This document shows, piece after piece, positions 9,385-18,806 of a stretch of 40,219 nucleotides of DNA (the first letter of the stretch is position 1; every line of letters starts with the position of its first letter). Source of the stretch: an uncultured Microbacterium sp. (GTDB taxonomy: Bacteria > Actinomycetota > Actinomycetes > Actinomycetales > Microbacteriaceae); the NCBI GenBank assembly GCA_947647645.1, contig CANSLE010000001.1, positions 1-40,219 on the forward strand. Direction: 5' to 3'. The notes beneath the pieces are model-generated. The model was not told the origin of the DNA and searched no databases. It was given only the letters and a program-made list of their open reading frames with translations. The position numbers were made by a program, and so were the translations under genes.

Positions 9385-11255
9385 GCCGGGACAGCAGCCC
9401 CGCAGCATTTCCGCTCGATGGTCGCCGCGGGATCATCTATGCGCTGGATACGCGCCGCAGGGTGATCGATGAAGCAGCACGCTACGCGATCGATTCGCTC
9501 CGCCCGCACGCCGGTTTCATCGCACTGGTGTCTGGTCCTCTCGACGAGGATGAACGGCTGAGCATTGCGCCCCTGGTCGATCAACTCATCGAGGTCCAGG
9601 GTGTGCTGCACGGCCTCTGGGCTCACCGCGCTGCTTTGCCCCGTCTTGCCCAAGCGGCCGAGAACTTCGACGAGCTTATCCTCACCGGGGACGGGTGGTT
9701 CGGTCCCGTTTCGCGGTTCGAGCCGACCTTTGAGCGCATGGACGCACGTTTCGTCGACGTCTGGTCGCTGACCGATCGGCGCGATCTTTTCGTTCGCGGA
9801 CGCGGCGAAGGGCTCGACGGTCCCAGCACGCTTTCGCCGCTTTGGCTTGCGGTTCGCAAACGGGCGCTTGTCTCCCAGACGTGGCATCGCTTCTGGAAGG
9901 ACCTGCCTCCGCGACCGCCCGCGGATTGGCATGTGCAGGTGGTGGAGGGCGGCTTCAGCACGATGATGGCTCGGGGCGGCTTCCGACTCGCGGCCGCTTT
10001 TCCCTCGGACGGCTACCCGACGAACAACCCAGCGTTCTTCAACCCGGATCTGATGCTGCGTGACGGCGTGCCAGTCATCAACCGAGATGTATTTACTGGG
10101 TATCCGCTCTTCCTCGACCAGTTCGCGATCGTCGGGCGGCGTCTGGCCGCTCAGATGGCGGAACTCGGGTATCCTGTCGACCGGCTCTGGGCGAGCCTCG
10201 CCCGCACCGTCGCACCGAAGACGCTCAACACGAACGGGGGAATGCTGGAGGTCCTTCCGGACGTCGCTGTGAAGGAGCTGTCGGCACCGCCGCCTCGCGT
10301 CGTGGCACACGTGCATCTAGGTTCGGCGGACGGGGTCGACGAGCTTGTGCGTCGCGTCGCGTGGGTCCCCGGACTGGTGAGCCTCGCCGTCAGCGTCGAC
10401 CACGACGAACTTGAGCCGCTTGTGCGCGAAGCGTGGCGGCAGCATGTGATCGCCGACGACATCGACATCGTGTTCCGGCCCTCGGCGGGGCCGCAGACGG
10501 GAGAAGCGACACTCGTCTTCCGCCAATGGGCGGATCTACTCGCCGCCGTCGACGCCGAACTGGTCCTCAGTGTGCACAATGTCGTTCCCGCTCATACTCC
10601 GCGCAACACGCATCGATATCTGCATCGCCAACAGATCGAGAGTCTGTTGTCCACGCCGGGCTACATCCGCAATGTCCTGGCGCTGTTCGAACGCGAGCCC
10701 GGGCTGGGACTCGTGTTCCCGCCTACTCCGCACATCGGTGGGTCTTCGCTCGGCGACGGTTGGCACGGACACCGCGACGACGCGGTGCGTCTCGCTGACG
10801 ACCTCGACATCATGGTCCCACTGGACTGGGCTTCCCCGCACGGTCCCGTCGGCGGCATGTGGATTGGGCGCCCCGCGTCGCTGCGGTTGATCGCGGACAT
10901 GGTCCGCGCACAGAACACTCCTGCGGCGGTCGCTGTGGAGGCCGCCATGATGGCCCTTGCCGCCGGGGAACACGGCTTCCACACACGCACCGTGAGTACC
11001 GGTGAGCATGCCGCGCTCAGCCACGATTCCCTCGAATACACGGCCGACCATATGGCGATGACGATGTACGGCTATCCCGCCGGCTACACCTCGTTGCTCC
11101 ATCGAGCCGGACCCGTCGGCAGCGGGCGCGGGAGGGACTTCCTCCGTATGTATCTGAAGTACCGGCGGCCGCGAGTGTGGGGCGCTTTCGCGCGCGTCGG
11201 TCGCCTCGTTCGTCGTGTGCGCGGGCTCACGCCCTCCCGCATGGAGGAAAGGTAG
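9381..11255 (+). CDS. RgpF-family rhamnan synthesis protein, motif-degenerate paralogue
   Basis: Colinear with the downstream RgpF along its length ([39 protein letters not shown]). GTGA overlap with rmlA. Confidence 0.8.
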   Translation: MSRDSSPAAFPLDGRRGIIYALDTRRRVIDEAARYAIDSLRPHAGFIALVSGPLDEDERLSIAPLVDQLIEVQGVLHGLWAHRAALPRLAQAAENFDELILTGDGWFGPVSRFEPTFERMDARFVDVWSLTDRRDLFVRGRGEGLDGPSTLSPLWLAVRKRALVSQTWHRFWKDLPPRPPADWHVQVVEGGFSTMMARGGFRLAAAFPSDGYPTNNPAFFNPDLMLRDGVPVINRDVFTGYPLFLDQFAIVGRRLAAQMAELGYPVDRLWASLARTVAPKTLNTNGGMLEVLPDVAVKELSAPPPRVVAHVHLGSADGVDELVRRVAWVPGLVSLAVSVDHDELEPLVREAWRQHVIADDIDIVFRPSAGPQTGEATLVFRQWADLLAAVDAELVLSVHNVVPAHTPRNTHRYLHRQQIESLLSTPGYIRNVLALFEREPGLGLVFPPTPHIGGSSLGDGWHGHRDDAVRLADDLDIMVPLDWASPHGPVGGMWIGRPASLRLIADMVRAQNTPAAVAVEAAMMALAAGEHGFHTRTVSTGEHAALSHDSLEYTADHMAMTMYGYPAGYTSLLHRAGPVGSGRGRDFLRMYLKYRRPRVWGAFARVGRLVRRVRGLTPSRMEER

Positions 11256-11258
11256 CCG

Positions 11259-13157
11259 GTGTCCGAAGCAACGACGTTCCCCGAACGCGGGAGGCGCGCC
11301 GCCGTCTACGTTCTCTACAACGCGCGCGGACTCGTCGATCAGTACGTGCTGCACGCGCTGACGGCGCTGCGTGAGCACGCCGAGTACATCGTCGTCGTCT
11401 CAAACGGCGATCTTCAGTCCGACGCTCGAGCCTCGGTGCTCGAGTGTGCGGATGAACTTATCGAGCGGGACAACTCGGGCTGGGATATCTGGGCGCAGAA
11501 AGCGGGCCTGGACGCCCTGGGCGCCCGCGTCGCCGAGTTCGACGAGGTCGTGCTGACCAACGACACCTGGTTCGGGCCCGTCGTCCCGTTCGCTCCGGTC
11601 TTGGAGCGGATGAATGCCCTCGCCGTCGACTTCTGGGGCTTCACCGACCATCCCCGTGTGGAACAGTCCGAGTCATGGACGGGCGAGGCGATCCCGTACC
11701 ACTTGCAGTCGCATTGGATCGCGGTCCGTTCCCGGATGCTGCGGTCTGACGCGTGGAGCGCCTACTGGCGAGGGTTGCCGGTCTTCCTGAACTGGACCGA
11801 AGCCGTCACCCGACACGAGGTTGTCTTCACTGAGATCTTCGAGCGGGCAGGCTTCGCGCACGCCGTCGCCTTCTCCCATGAGCTCTACGACACCGAGAAC
11901 CCGTCGGTGTTCAGCGTCGACGAGATGCTGAACGACGGGTGTCCCATCGTCAAGCGCAAGGCTCTGTCGTTCTGGCCCGTGTCGATGGATCACAACGCCG
12001 CGGTCGGGCGCTGGACGATGGAGAAGATCGAAGCTCTGGGGTACCCCTCGGACCTGATCGTCCCGGCCTTGGCACGCACCACCCCGCCGCGGGATCTGCA
12101 CAACGATCTCGGCATGCTGGAAATCCTGCCCGACATCGACGTGTCCTACGACGCCACGGCACCGCTGCGCATCGTGCTGGTCGCTCACATCTTCTACGTG
12201 GACATGACCGACGAGATCCTGGATCGAGGCGATCTCATCCCCGGCGGCTATGACCTGGTCGTCACCACGCCGGACGCGAAGAGGGCCGCCGAGATCGAGG
12301 CGATTATCGACTCTCGTCCCCCGCGCGGGGGACGCACCGAGGTACGGGTTCTGCCTTCCAACGACGGGCGAGATCAGAGCGCGTTCCTCATCGAATGCCG
12401 GGACATCATCCTCGGTGACGACTACGACGTCATCGTGAAGGTGCACACCAAGCGCACCCCCCAGCAGGGGTACGCGGTCGGACAGCACTTCAAAAGTCAG
12501 CAGCTCGACAACCTGCTCCCCACCGCGGGGTACGTTGCCAACCTCCTGGCGCTCTTCCAGCGTGACACGGGTCTCGGCCTCGTATACCCTCCGATGATCC
12601 ACATCGGTCACGGCACGCTGGGGCACGCGTGGTGGGGCAATCGCCCTCGATTCGAGCGTGAGGCGGCCGCGCTTGGCATCTCCGTGCCGATGGACGGCGT
12701 CTCGCCGCTGGCACCCTTCGGATCGATGTACGTCGCCCGCCCCGCGGCCCTGCGTCTGCTGGCCCAGCATGAGTGGCGCTACGAGGAGTTCGGCGGCGCC
12801 GACGCCTACAAGGACGGCGGGCTCGCCCATGTCCTCGAGCGGATGCCGTCATACGCCGCCGCCGAGGTGGGCTTGCATACCCGCACGGTTCTCACCGCTG
12901 AATATGCGGCGATCAGTCACACCTCGCTCGAGTTCAAGCTCGACGAGCATTCCGCCACCATTCCGGGGTCACCGCGGGAGAAGATCGCCTTGCTGCATCG
13001 AGCCGGCCCGCTGGGCACAGGCCGCCTGTGGGACTTCCTCTGGATGCACCTGCGCAGCAACCGCCCTGACCTGCTGTCACGAGCGCTGACGTTATCCCGT
13101 GCTCTGCGGGTGCCTCGGAGCATTCTGCGAAGTGTACGGCGTCGTGCCGAGGCTTAG
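11259..13157 (+). CDS. rgpF: Rhamnan synthesis protein F (RgpF/GacG family)
   Basis: RDNSGWDIWA, LTNDTWFGP, HLQSHW, HIFYVDM, NDGRD, KVHTKR, FGSMY, HVLER. Confidence 0.9.
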   Translation: MSEATTFPERGRRAAVYVLYNARGLVDQYVLHALTALREHAEYIVVVSNGDLQSDARASVLECADELIERDNSGWDIWAQKAGLDALGARVAEFDEVVLTNDTWFGPVVPFAPVLERMNALAVDFWGFTDHPRVEQSESWTGEAIPYHLQSHWIAVRSRMLRSDAWSAYWRGLPVFLNWTEAVTRHEVVFTEIFERAGFAHAVAFSHELYDTENPSVFSVDEMLNDGCPIVKRKALSFWPVSMDHNAAVGRWTMEKIEALGYPSDLIVPALARTTPPRDLHNDLGMLEILPDIDVSYDATAPLRIVLVAHIFYVDMTDEILDRGDLIPGGYDLVVTTPDAKRAAEIEAIIDSRPPRGGRTEVRVLPSNDGRDQSAFLIECRDIILGDDYDVIVKVHTKRTPQQGYAVGQHFKSQQLDNLLPTAGYVANLLALFQRDTGLGLVYPPMIHIGHGTLGHAWWGNRPRFEREAAALGISVPMDGVSPLAPFGSMYVARPAALRLLAQHEWRYEEFGGADAYKDGGLAHVLERMPSYAAAEVGLHTRTVLTAEYAAISHTSLEFKLDEHSATIPGSPREKIALLHRAGPLGTGRLWDFLWMHLRSNRPDLLSRALTLSRALRVPRSILRSVRRRAEA

Positions 13158-13204
13158 TCCGCAACAGCTAAAGTGAGTTGTTCTTGAGGAAACACAGGTG
13201 AGGG

Positions 13205-14110
13205 TTGGGCAAGTCGGAGAGATTCGCGCGGATCGACGCGCTCCCGTTCGTCTCCGTTGATGCATCGGGGCGAGCCGGGCGGACGGGCAAAGTCCGCGAG
13301 ATCTTCGGGCGTCGCGACTTGCTCAAGCTGCTCGTACGTCGTGACCTCCAGGCGCGCTATCGCGACAGTTTCCTGGGCTTCCTGTGGACGGTCATTCGCC
13401 CGCTCATCCAGTTCGTCATGTACTTCGTGGTCCTGGGGCAGTTCCTGCGCGCGGCGGAGGGGATCCCGAACTTCGCGATCTATCTGTTCGCAGGTCTGAC
13501 CATCTACATGTTCTTCAACGACATGGTCGCCGGCGCGACCGGCTCGATCCTCGTCAACGGCGGGCTCGTCAAGAAGATCTACCTTCCGCGCGAGATCTTC
13601 CCCCTCGCCAGCATCGGCGGTGCGGGGTTCATGTTCCTCGTCCAGCTCGGCGTGCTCGTCGTGGCTGCACTCATCTTCCAGGCCCTCCCGGCCCCGTCCG
13701 ACATGCTCTGGTTCTTCCCGTCGCTTGCCGTGGTGCTGATCTACGGAACCGCCATCGGGCTCTTCCTCGCGGCGGTGAATGTCTACCTGCGTGACGTGCA
13801 GTACCTTACCGAGATTCTTCTGATGCTTGCGATGTGGGCGTCGCCGATCCTCTACTCCTGGCGCATGGTCAGCGATGTGATCAAGAGATTCAACCTGCCT
13901 TCGTGGTACCTCGAGGTCTACCTTGCGAATCCGATCACGATTGCTGTCATGGGCTTCCACCGGGCCTTCTGGGGGGCAGGGACCCCCGCCGACTACCCGG
14001 CGGGACTGGGGCTGCGCCTGGCCGTCGCCGGGGCGGTGGGTTGCCTCCTCCTCGGGCTTGCGCACGGCGTGTTCTCCCGGCTGCAGGGCAACTTCGCGCA
14101 GGAGCTGTGA
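13205..14110 (+). CDS. wzm: Polysaccharide ABC transporter permease (Wzm/RgpC)
   Basis: RDLQARYRDSFLGFLW, LVKKIYLPRE, YLRDVQY, ASPILY, NPIT; about six TM helices. Start codon uncertain. Confidence 0.93.
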   Translation: MGKSERFARIDALPFVSVDASGRAGRTGKVREIFGRRDLLKLLVRRDLQARYRDSFLGFLWTVIRPLIQFVMYFVVLGQFLRAAEGIPNFAIYLFAGLTIYMFFNDMVAGATGSILVNGGLVKKIYLPREIFPLASIGGAGFMFLVQLGVLVVAALIFQALPAPSDMLWFFPSLAVVLIYGTAIGLFLAAVNVYLRDVQYLTEILLMLAMWASPILYSWRMVSDVIKRFNLPSWYLEVYLANPITIAVMGFHRAFWGAGTPADYPAGLGLRLAVAGAVGCLLLGLAHGVFSRLQGNFAQEL

Positions 14111-15306
14111 TGACCATGACCGAAATCGCGCCCGATATCGTCGAACTCTCCGGGTTGACAAAGCAATTCCGCATCCGCCGTGACAACAGCCTGAAAGACC
14201 GCATCGTTCAGTTGGGCAATCGCAGCAACCGGCCTCGCCGAGAGGAGTTCACGGCTGTCCGAGACGTCACGCTGAGCATCTCCGCCGGAACGACTGTCGC
14301 TTTGATGGGCGCGAACGGCTCCGGCAAGAGCACGCTGCTCAAGCTGATCGGCGGGATCGTCTCGCCGACGTCCGGCACCGTGCACACGCGCGGGCGCATG
14401 GCCGCCCTCCTGGAGCTCGGCGCAGGATTTCACCCCGACCTCAGCGGCCGCGAGAACATATATCTGAACGCGTCGATCCTCGGGCTCACCAGGGCCGAGG
14501 TCGACGCTCGCTTCGACGACATCGTGGAGTTTAGCGGCATCCGCGATTTCATCGATACCGCCGTCAAGTTCTATTCGTCGGGTATGTATGTACGTTTGGC
14601 GTTCTCCGTGGCCATTCACACCGACCCGGACGTGCTACTCGTCGACGAGGTTCTCGCCGTCGGCGACGAGGCGTTCCAGCGCAAGTGCATGGATCGCATC
14701 GCGCAGTTCCGTGCGGACGGGTGCACGATCATCCTCGTGAGCCACTCCGCCCAGCAGGTCGCCGAGCTCGCCGATCGCGGCATCGTGCTTCGCGATGGGG
14801 CCGTCGTCTTCGACGGTGAGCCCGACGACGCGATCGGCGTCCTCCGCGATGTTCTCGAGGGTCGCGATGTCGGGGACGGCGACGCGGCAGACGGCCCAGT
14901 GCGACTCGGCGCCGTGGAGGTGCTCGACGAGACGGGCGTGCGCAGCACGCAGTTGCGCAGCGGGCAGCCCTTCATCGTTCGCCTGAGCGTAGCGGCCGCG
15001 ACGCCGCTTGGGCGATGGGCGGCGGGGTTCAGCATTAACACGCCCCTCGGACACATGGTCTTCGCCTCTAACAGCGACCTCATCGGGGTGCGACTGCCGA
15101 CGGTGGAGTCGTCGGCGGTCGTCGACTTCCGTGTCGAGAACCTTCACCTGGGTGCGGGCACCTACCACGTACATGCCAACGCAGTGGCGACCGATGCGGG
15201 CGGCGTCCACGGCATCGCGCACGGAGCGACCTTCACCGTGACGACCGCGCGCCCGTCGCTGGGCACGACCACCGGGGACGTCACCGTTATCGTGGATGGC
15301 GCGTGA
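14110..15306 (+). CDS. wzt: Polysaccharide ABC transporter ATPase (Wzt/RgpD) with C-terminal carbohydrate-binding domain
   Basis: ATG 14110 (TGATG overlap); GANGSGKST, YSSGMYVRLAF, LVDEVLAVGD, VSH; about 150-aa beta-rich Wzt_C extension. Confidence 0.93.
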   Translation: MTMTEIAPDIVELSGLTKQFRIRRDNSLKDRIVQLGNRSNRPRREEFTAVRDVTLSISAGTTVALMGANGSGKSTLLKLIGGIVSPTSGTVHTRGRMAALLELGAGFHPDLSGRENIYLNASILGLTRAEVDARFDDIVEFSGIRDFIDTAVKFYSSGMYVRLAFSVAIHTDPDVLLVDEVLAVGDEAFQRKCMDRIAQFRADGCTIILVSHSAQQVAELADRGIVLRDGAVVFDGEPDDAIGVLRDVLEGRDVGDGDAADGPVRLGAVEVLDETGVRSTQLRSGQPFIVRLSVAAATPLGRWAAGFSINTPLGHMVFASNSDLIGVRLPTVESSAVVDFRVENLHLGAGTYHVHANAVATDAGGVHGIAHGATFTVTTARPSLGTTTGDVTVIVDGA

Positions 15307-15318
15307 GCGGCGTGAGCG
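15301..15318 (+). repeat. 9-bp tandem duplication GCGTGAGCG x2 spanning the wzt stop codon
   Basis: gcgtgagcg gcgtgagcg seen directly. Confidence 0.6.
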
Positions 15319-15383
15319 GCGCGACCGCCGGGACGTCATCCGCGACGTCGAGCGCACCGGTGCGCGGCTAGGCTGGGAGGGTT

Positions 15384-16112
15384 ATGTCGGATCTCAGCGA
15401 CCGTGTGCTCGTTATCGTTCCCGCCTGGAACGAGAGTTCCAATGTCGGCCACACCGTCAAGGAAATTCGCGGTGCCGACGTGCGTTACGACGTCGTGGTG
15501 GTCGATGACGGCTCGTCCGATTCGACGGCCGACATCGCCCGTGCCGCGGGGGCAGAAGTTCTCGTCCTTCCCTTCAACCTCGGTGTCGGGGGAGCGATGC
15601 GTACGGGCTTCACTTTCGCGCAGCGCCGCGGCTACCCACGCGCCATCCAGGTGGATGCCGATGGGCAGCACAATCCGGAGCATATCGCCGAGGTACTCCG
15701 TGGCTTGGACTCGGCCGACATCTCGATCGGTGCGCGATTCGCCGAGGTCGGCGACTACGCGGTGCGGGGCCCCCGTCGATGGGCGATGGTGTTCCTCGCC
15801 GCCGTGGTCTCGCGTGTCGCCGGCGTGCGACTGACGGACGTCACCAGCGGATTTCGCGCGGCCAACGCGCGCGCGATCGCGCAGTACGTGCGCTACTACC
15901 CGGCGGAGTACCTCGGGGACACCGTCGATTCGCTCGTCGAGGCACTGCATGCAGGACTTACGGTGACGCAGGTTCCGGTGGCGATGCGCCCGCGCATGCA
16001 CGGCAAGCCGAGTCAGAACGTGCTCGGCGCGACGATCTACCTCGTCAGGTCGGTCTTCGCTATCTCGCTGGCGCTGATGCGCGGAGCACTGCGGAGGAGG
16101 CCTCGCGCATGA
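15384..16112 (+). CDS. Polyprenol-phosphate glycosyltransferase, GT2 DPM1-like (GacI/PpgS-like)
   Basis: IVPAWNE, VDDGSSD, NLGVGGA, VDADGQH, DVTSGFRA; no TM tail; coupled to DUF2304. Confidence 0.88.
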   Translation: MSDLSDRVLVIVPAWNESSNVGHTVKEIRGADVRYDVVVVDDGSSDSTADIARAAGAEVLVLPFNLGVGGAMRTGFTFAQRRGYPRAIQVDADGQHNPEHIAEVLRGLDSADISIGARFAEVGDYAVRGPRRWAMVFLAAVVSRVAGVRLTDVTSGFRAANARAIAQYVRYYPAEYLGDTVDSLVEALHAGLTVTQVPVAMRPRMHGKPSQNVLGATIYLVRSVFAISLALMRGALRRRPRA

Positions 16113-16513
16113 TCGTTCCCATCGGGATCACCTTCGCCCTCATCACTCTGGCGCTGATCATCACGATGCTGCTGCGTCGGCACCTGCGCGAGAAGTACGC
16201 TGTCATGTGGCTGCTGATCGGCGCCGCCATGCTCGTGCTCGCCGTCTTCCCGGACATGCTCGGGGCGCTCGCGCGGCTGCTCGGCGTGATCGTGCCGTCC
16301 AATCTTCTGTTCGCGCTCGCCGTGGCCTTGCTTATCGGCGTGACCCTTCATTTGTCTTGGGAGCTTTCCCGAGCCGAGGAGGAGATTCGCAGGGTCGCCG
16401 AAGAAGTGGCGATCCTGCGCGCCGATATCGACGAACTGCGACGCCAGACGTCGGCTGACTCGTCCGGGACTCAGCCCGAACCGCCGTCGGAAGGTCAGTT
16501 CTTCGACGCGTAG
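16109..16513 (+). CDS. DUF2304 small membrane protein (GacJ/Rv3632-like accessory)
   Basis: ATG 16109 (ATGA overlap); three TM helices, LREKYAVMW, PSNLLF, C-terminal coiled coil EIRRVAEEVAIL. Confidence 0.88.
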   Translation: MIVPIGITFALITLALIITMLLRRHLREKYAVMWLLIGAAMLVLAVFPDMLGALARLLGVIVPSNLLFALAVALLIGVTLHLSWELSRAEEEIRRVAEEVAILRADIDELRRQTSADSSGTQPEPPSEGQFFDA

Positions 16514-17577
16514 CCCCGTGTGATCAGGTCATCTACGACGATGTCCGACGGCGATGCCGCTTGGTCATCGTCAGAGCCGCGCATTTGCTCCGCTTCCTTC
16601 AGGAAGCTCCGGACGATGCTCTGATCCCATTTGGACAGCACTGCGGTGGAGCCGAGGCCCTCGGAGCGTTCGGTGGCCATCCGGTGGATCAGCGTGGGGG
16701 TGCCGAAAACGGCGGCTTCCTCCTGCACGCCTCCAGAATCCGTCACCACCAGTCGTGCGGCACGCAGAGTGTGCACGAATGCGGCGTGCTCCTGTTTCGG
16801 GGAGGGGGTGAGCCGATCAAGTCTGCGTCGCGCGATGGTCTGCTCGATCATGTCCCTCGAGTACGAATCCACCACGACGCGAAGGGGAACCGGCGACGCG
16901 TCGTTCAGGGTCTGAAGCGTCTCCTGGACGAGAGTCGGTTGTGAGATGAACTCGAAGCGATGCAGCAGCACGAGGCCGTAAGGCTCGGACAGCGCCGTCG
17001 AGTCTGGCGACGCGGCCAGACTGTCCCTCACGGCATCCTTCACCGTGTTCCCGTGCGTGACGACGACGTTCGCGCGTCCCGCGAGGTTGGCCGCGGTCTC
17101 CGCCGTCGGAGCGTAGTGGATGCGGGCCAGTCGTCCGACGATCCGACGATCCAGTTCCTCCGGGAAGGGATGGCGCCAGTGCCCCGACCGGAGCCCCGCC
17201 TCGACGTGTGCGACGGGCACGCCGGCGACGCGCCCGATCAGCGTCCCGAGCACCGTGGTCATCGTGTCGCCGTGCACGACGACGACGTCCGCGCGCCGTG
17301 CTCGGCGCAGCGCTCCTAAGTGCTTGAGGGTCCATCCCGCCACACCGGCCATCCAGCCCACCATCTGAATGGGCTTCTTCAACGGCTTGCCTCTCCAGCC
17401 ATTCGCGATGATTGCGTCCGGCTCGCGCAGACCCAGTTCGCGCAGGGCGACGCGCAGTGCATCCGTGTGCTGGAAAGTGACCCAGTGGCGGTAGGGGATG
17501 CCACGATCGTCGAGGCGCCTCATGATCGGGGCGAGCTTGATGGCTTCTGCGGTGGTTCCGTAGATAAAGACGATCAT
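16495..17577 (-). CDS. wecB: UDP-N-acetylglucosamine 2-epimerase-like protein
   Basis: ATG 17577; GTTAEAIKLAP, HGDT, HVEAGLRS, PFPEE, TDSGGVQEE, TERSEG. Confidence 0.85.
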   Translation of the reverse strand: MIVFIYGTTAEAIKLAPIMRRLDDRGIPYRHWVTFQHTDALRVALRELGLREPDAIIANGWRGKPLKKPIQMVGWMAGVAGWTLKHLGALRRARRADVVVVHGDTMTTVLGTLIGRVAGVPVAHVEAGLRSGHWRHPFPEELDRRIVGRLARIHYAPTAETAANLAGRANVVVTHGNTVKDAVRDSLAASPDSTALSEPYGLVLLHRFEFISQPTLVQETLQTLNDASPVPLRVVVDSYSRDMIEQTIARRRLDRLTPSPKQEHAAFVHTLRAARLVVTDSGGVQEEAAVFGTPTLIHRMATERSEGLGSTAVLSKWDQSIVRSFLKEAEQMRGSDDDQAASPSDIVVDDLITRGYASKN

Positions 17578-18638
17578 GGGCGCTCCTTGGTTGCGCGGCG
17601 CCGGAAGCTGGCGCGATGGACGACGATTCCGCGTGCAAGGCCCGCCCAAAAGGGCCCGCCGAAGGGGAGCATGTAGACCAGGAACGCCGCAATGCCGCGT
17701 CCCGCGCATCCATTCCTGCGGGCGGGGATCACGGCGGATACCAGGGCCAAAAGGCCTGCCGAGAGAAGAACGAGCGTGAGCGCGCCGCGCCCCGTGAGAA
17801 TCGACCACAGCAGGGAGAGAAGCGCGAGAGGCGGAACGATGACGAGAGCCACCAGGGTGGCCGAGCGCGCCGGCCTCGTCCCCGCGTAGGAGTCGACGAA
17901 GAGTGTTCCTCGGTCAAAGGCGTGCCGCACGAACGCTCGCAGGGTCGTGCGGGGCCGGTACATGGCAGCGAACCGTGGATCGAGGTGAATGCCGGTCGTG
18001 CCGGCGATCCAGCGCAGGATCTTCGTGTCGTCCGACATTAGCTTGGTGTCGCCCTCTGGCCGCGCGGACTCGAACGCGCGGAGGAGCACGTCTCGCGGGG
18101 CCAGGAACATCGTCGTCCCCTTCGGCGCCGAGTCGAAGTTCTCCAGCGTCAGGTCGGTCGTGCGGGGCGTGCGCAGATAAGAACCCCAGAAGATGCGGGT
18201 CGGTACTTCCCAGAAATGTCCTATGAGCGCGGCGGACGGGTCTGTTTCGACGTGCGCGTTCCACACTGGAATGGCGCCGGATGCCGCCAACGGGAGCGCG
18301 AATGCCAGTGCGTCGACGTGGATCAGCACGCGCGAGTCGAGGAGCAGGATGAGGCTGCCCCGCGCTTCGGCGAGCCCCCGCTTCCGGGCTTGATACCGAC
18401 CGAGGTTCGGTTGCCGGACAAGATGCACCGGCGCCGGAAGCATCGGGCGAGTCACATCGACCGCGCTCTGGGTGTCGTCGGTGGACCCGTCGTCCACGAC
18501 GATGATCTCGGCGTCGACCTCGGCGGCGGAGAGCGCGGCACCCAGCGCGGACAGCGTGGAAGGCAGCCATTGTGCCGACTGGAACGAGGGGATCACGACG
18601 CTCAACAGCGGGAGGCGAGCGGCGGGAGGCGCGGTCAC
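17574..18638 (-). CDS. GT2 glycosyltransferase with C-terminal TM helices
   Basis: GTG 18638 after AGGAG; SVVIPSF, VDDGSTD, NLGRYQAR, LLDSR, SDD; hydrophobic C-terminus. Confidence 0.85.
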   Translation of the reverse strand: MTAPPAARLPLLSVVIPSFQSAQWLPSTLSALGAALSAAEVDAEIIVVDDGSTDDTQSAVDVTRPMLPAPVHLVRQPNLGRYQARKRGLAEARGSLILLLDSRVLIHVDALAFALPLAASGAIPVWNAHVETDPSAALIGHFWEVPTRIFWGSYLRTPRTTDLTLENFDSAPKGTTMFLAPRDVLLRAFESARPEGDTKLMSDDTKILRWIAGTTGIHLDPRFAAMYRPRTTLRAFVRHAFDRGTLFVDSYAGTRPARSATLVALVIVPPLALLSLLWSILTGRGALTLVLLSAGLLALVSAVIPARRNGCAGRGIAAFLVYMLPFGGPFWAGLARGIVVHRASFRRRATKERP

Positions 18639-18806
18639 TGCGGTCTCCTGTTCACGGCTTGGCCCGGCATTCGCAGGGGAACCCGAGTGAACGCCGGATA
18701 GCATGGAGGGGTCGGGCATTCACCCGTCAAGACTAGTCCGTGCCGCCCGAGTGCTTCATCGAAGACCATGTGGGGTGCGTGCCACCTACTCGAGGAGCAG
18801 CTGTCC

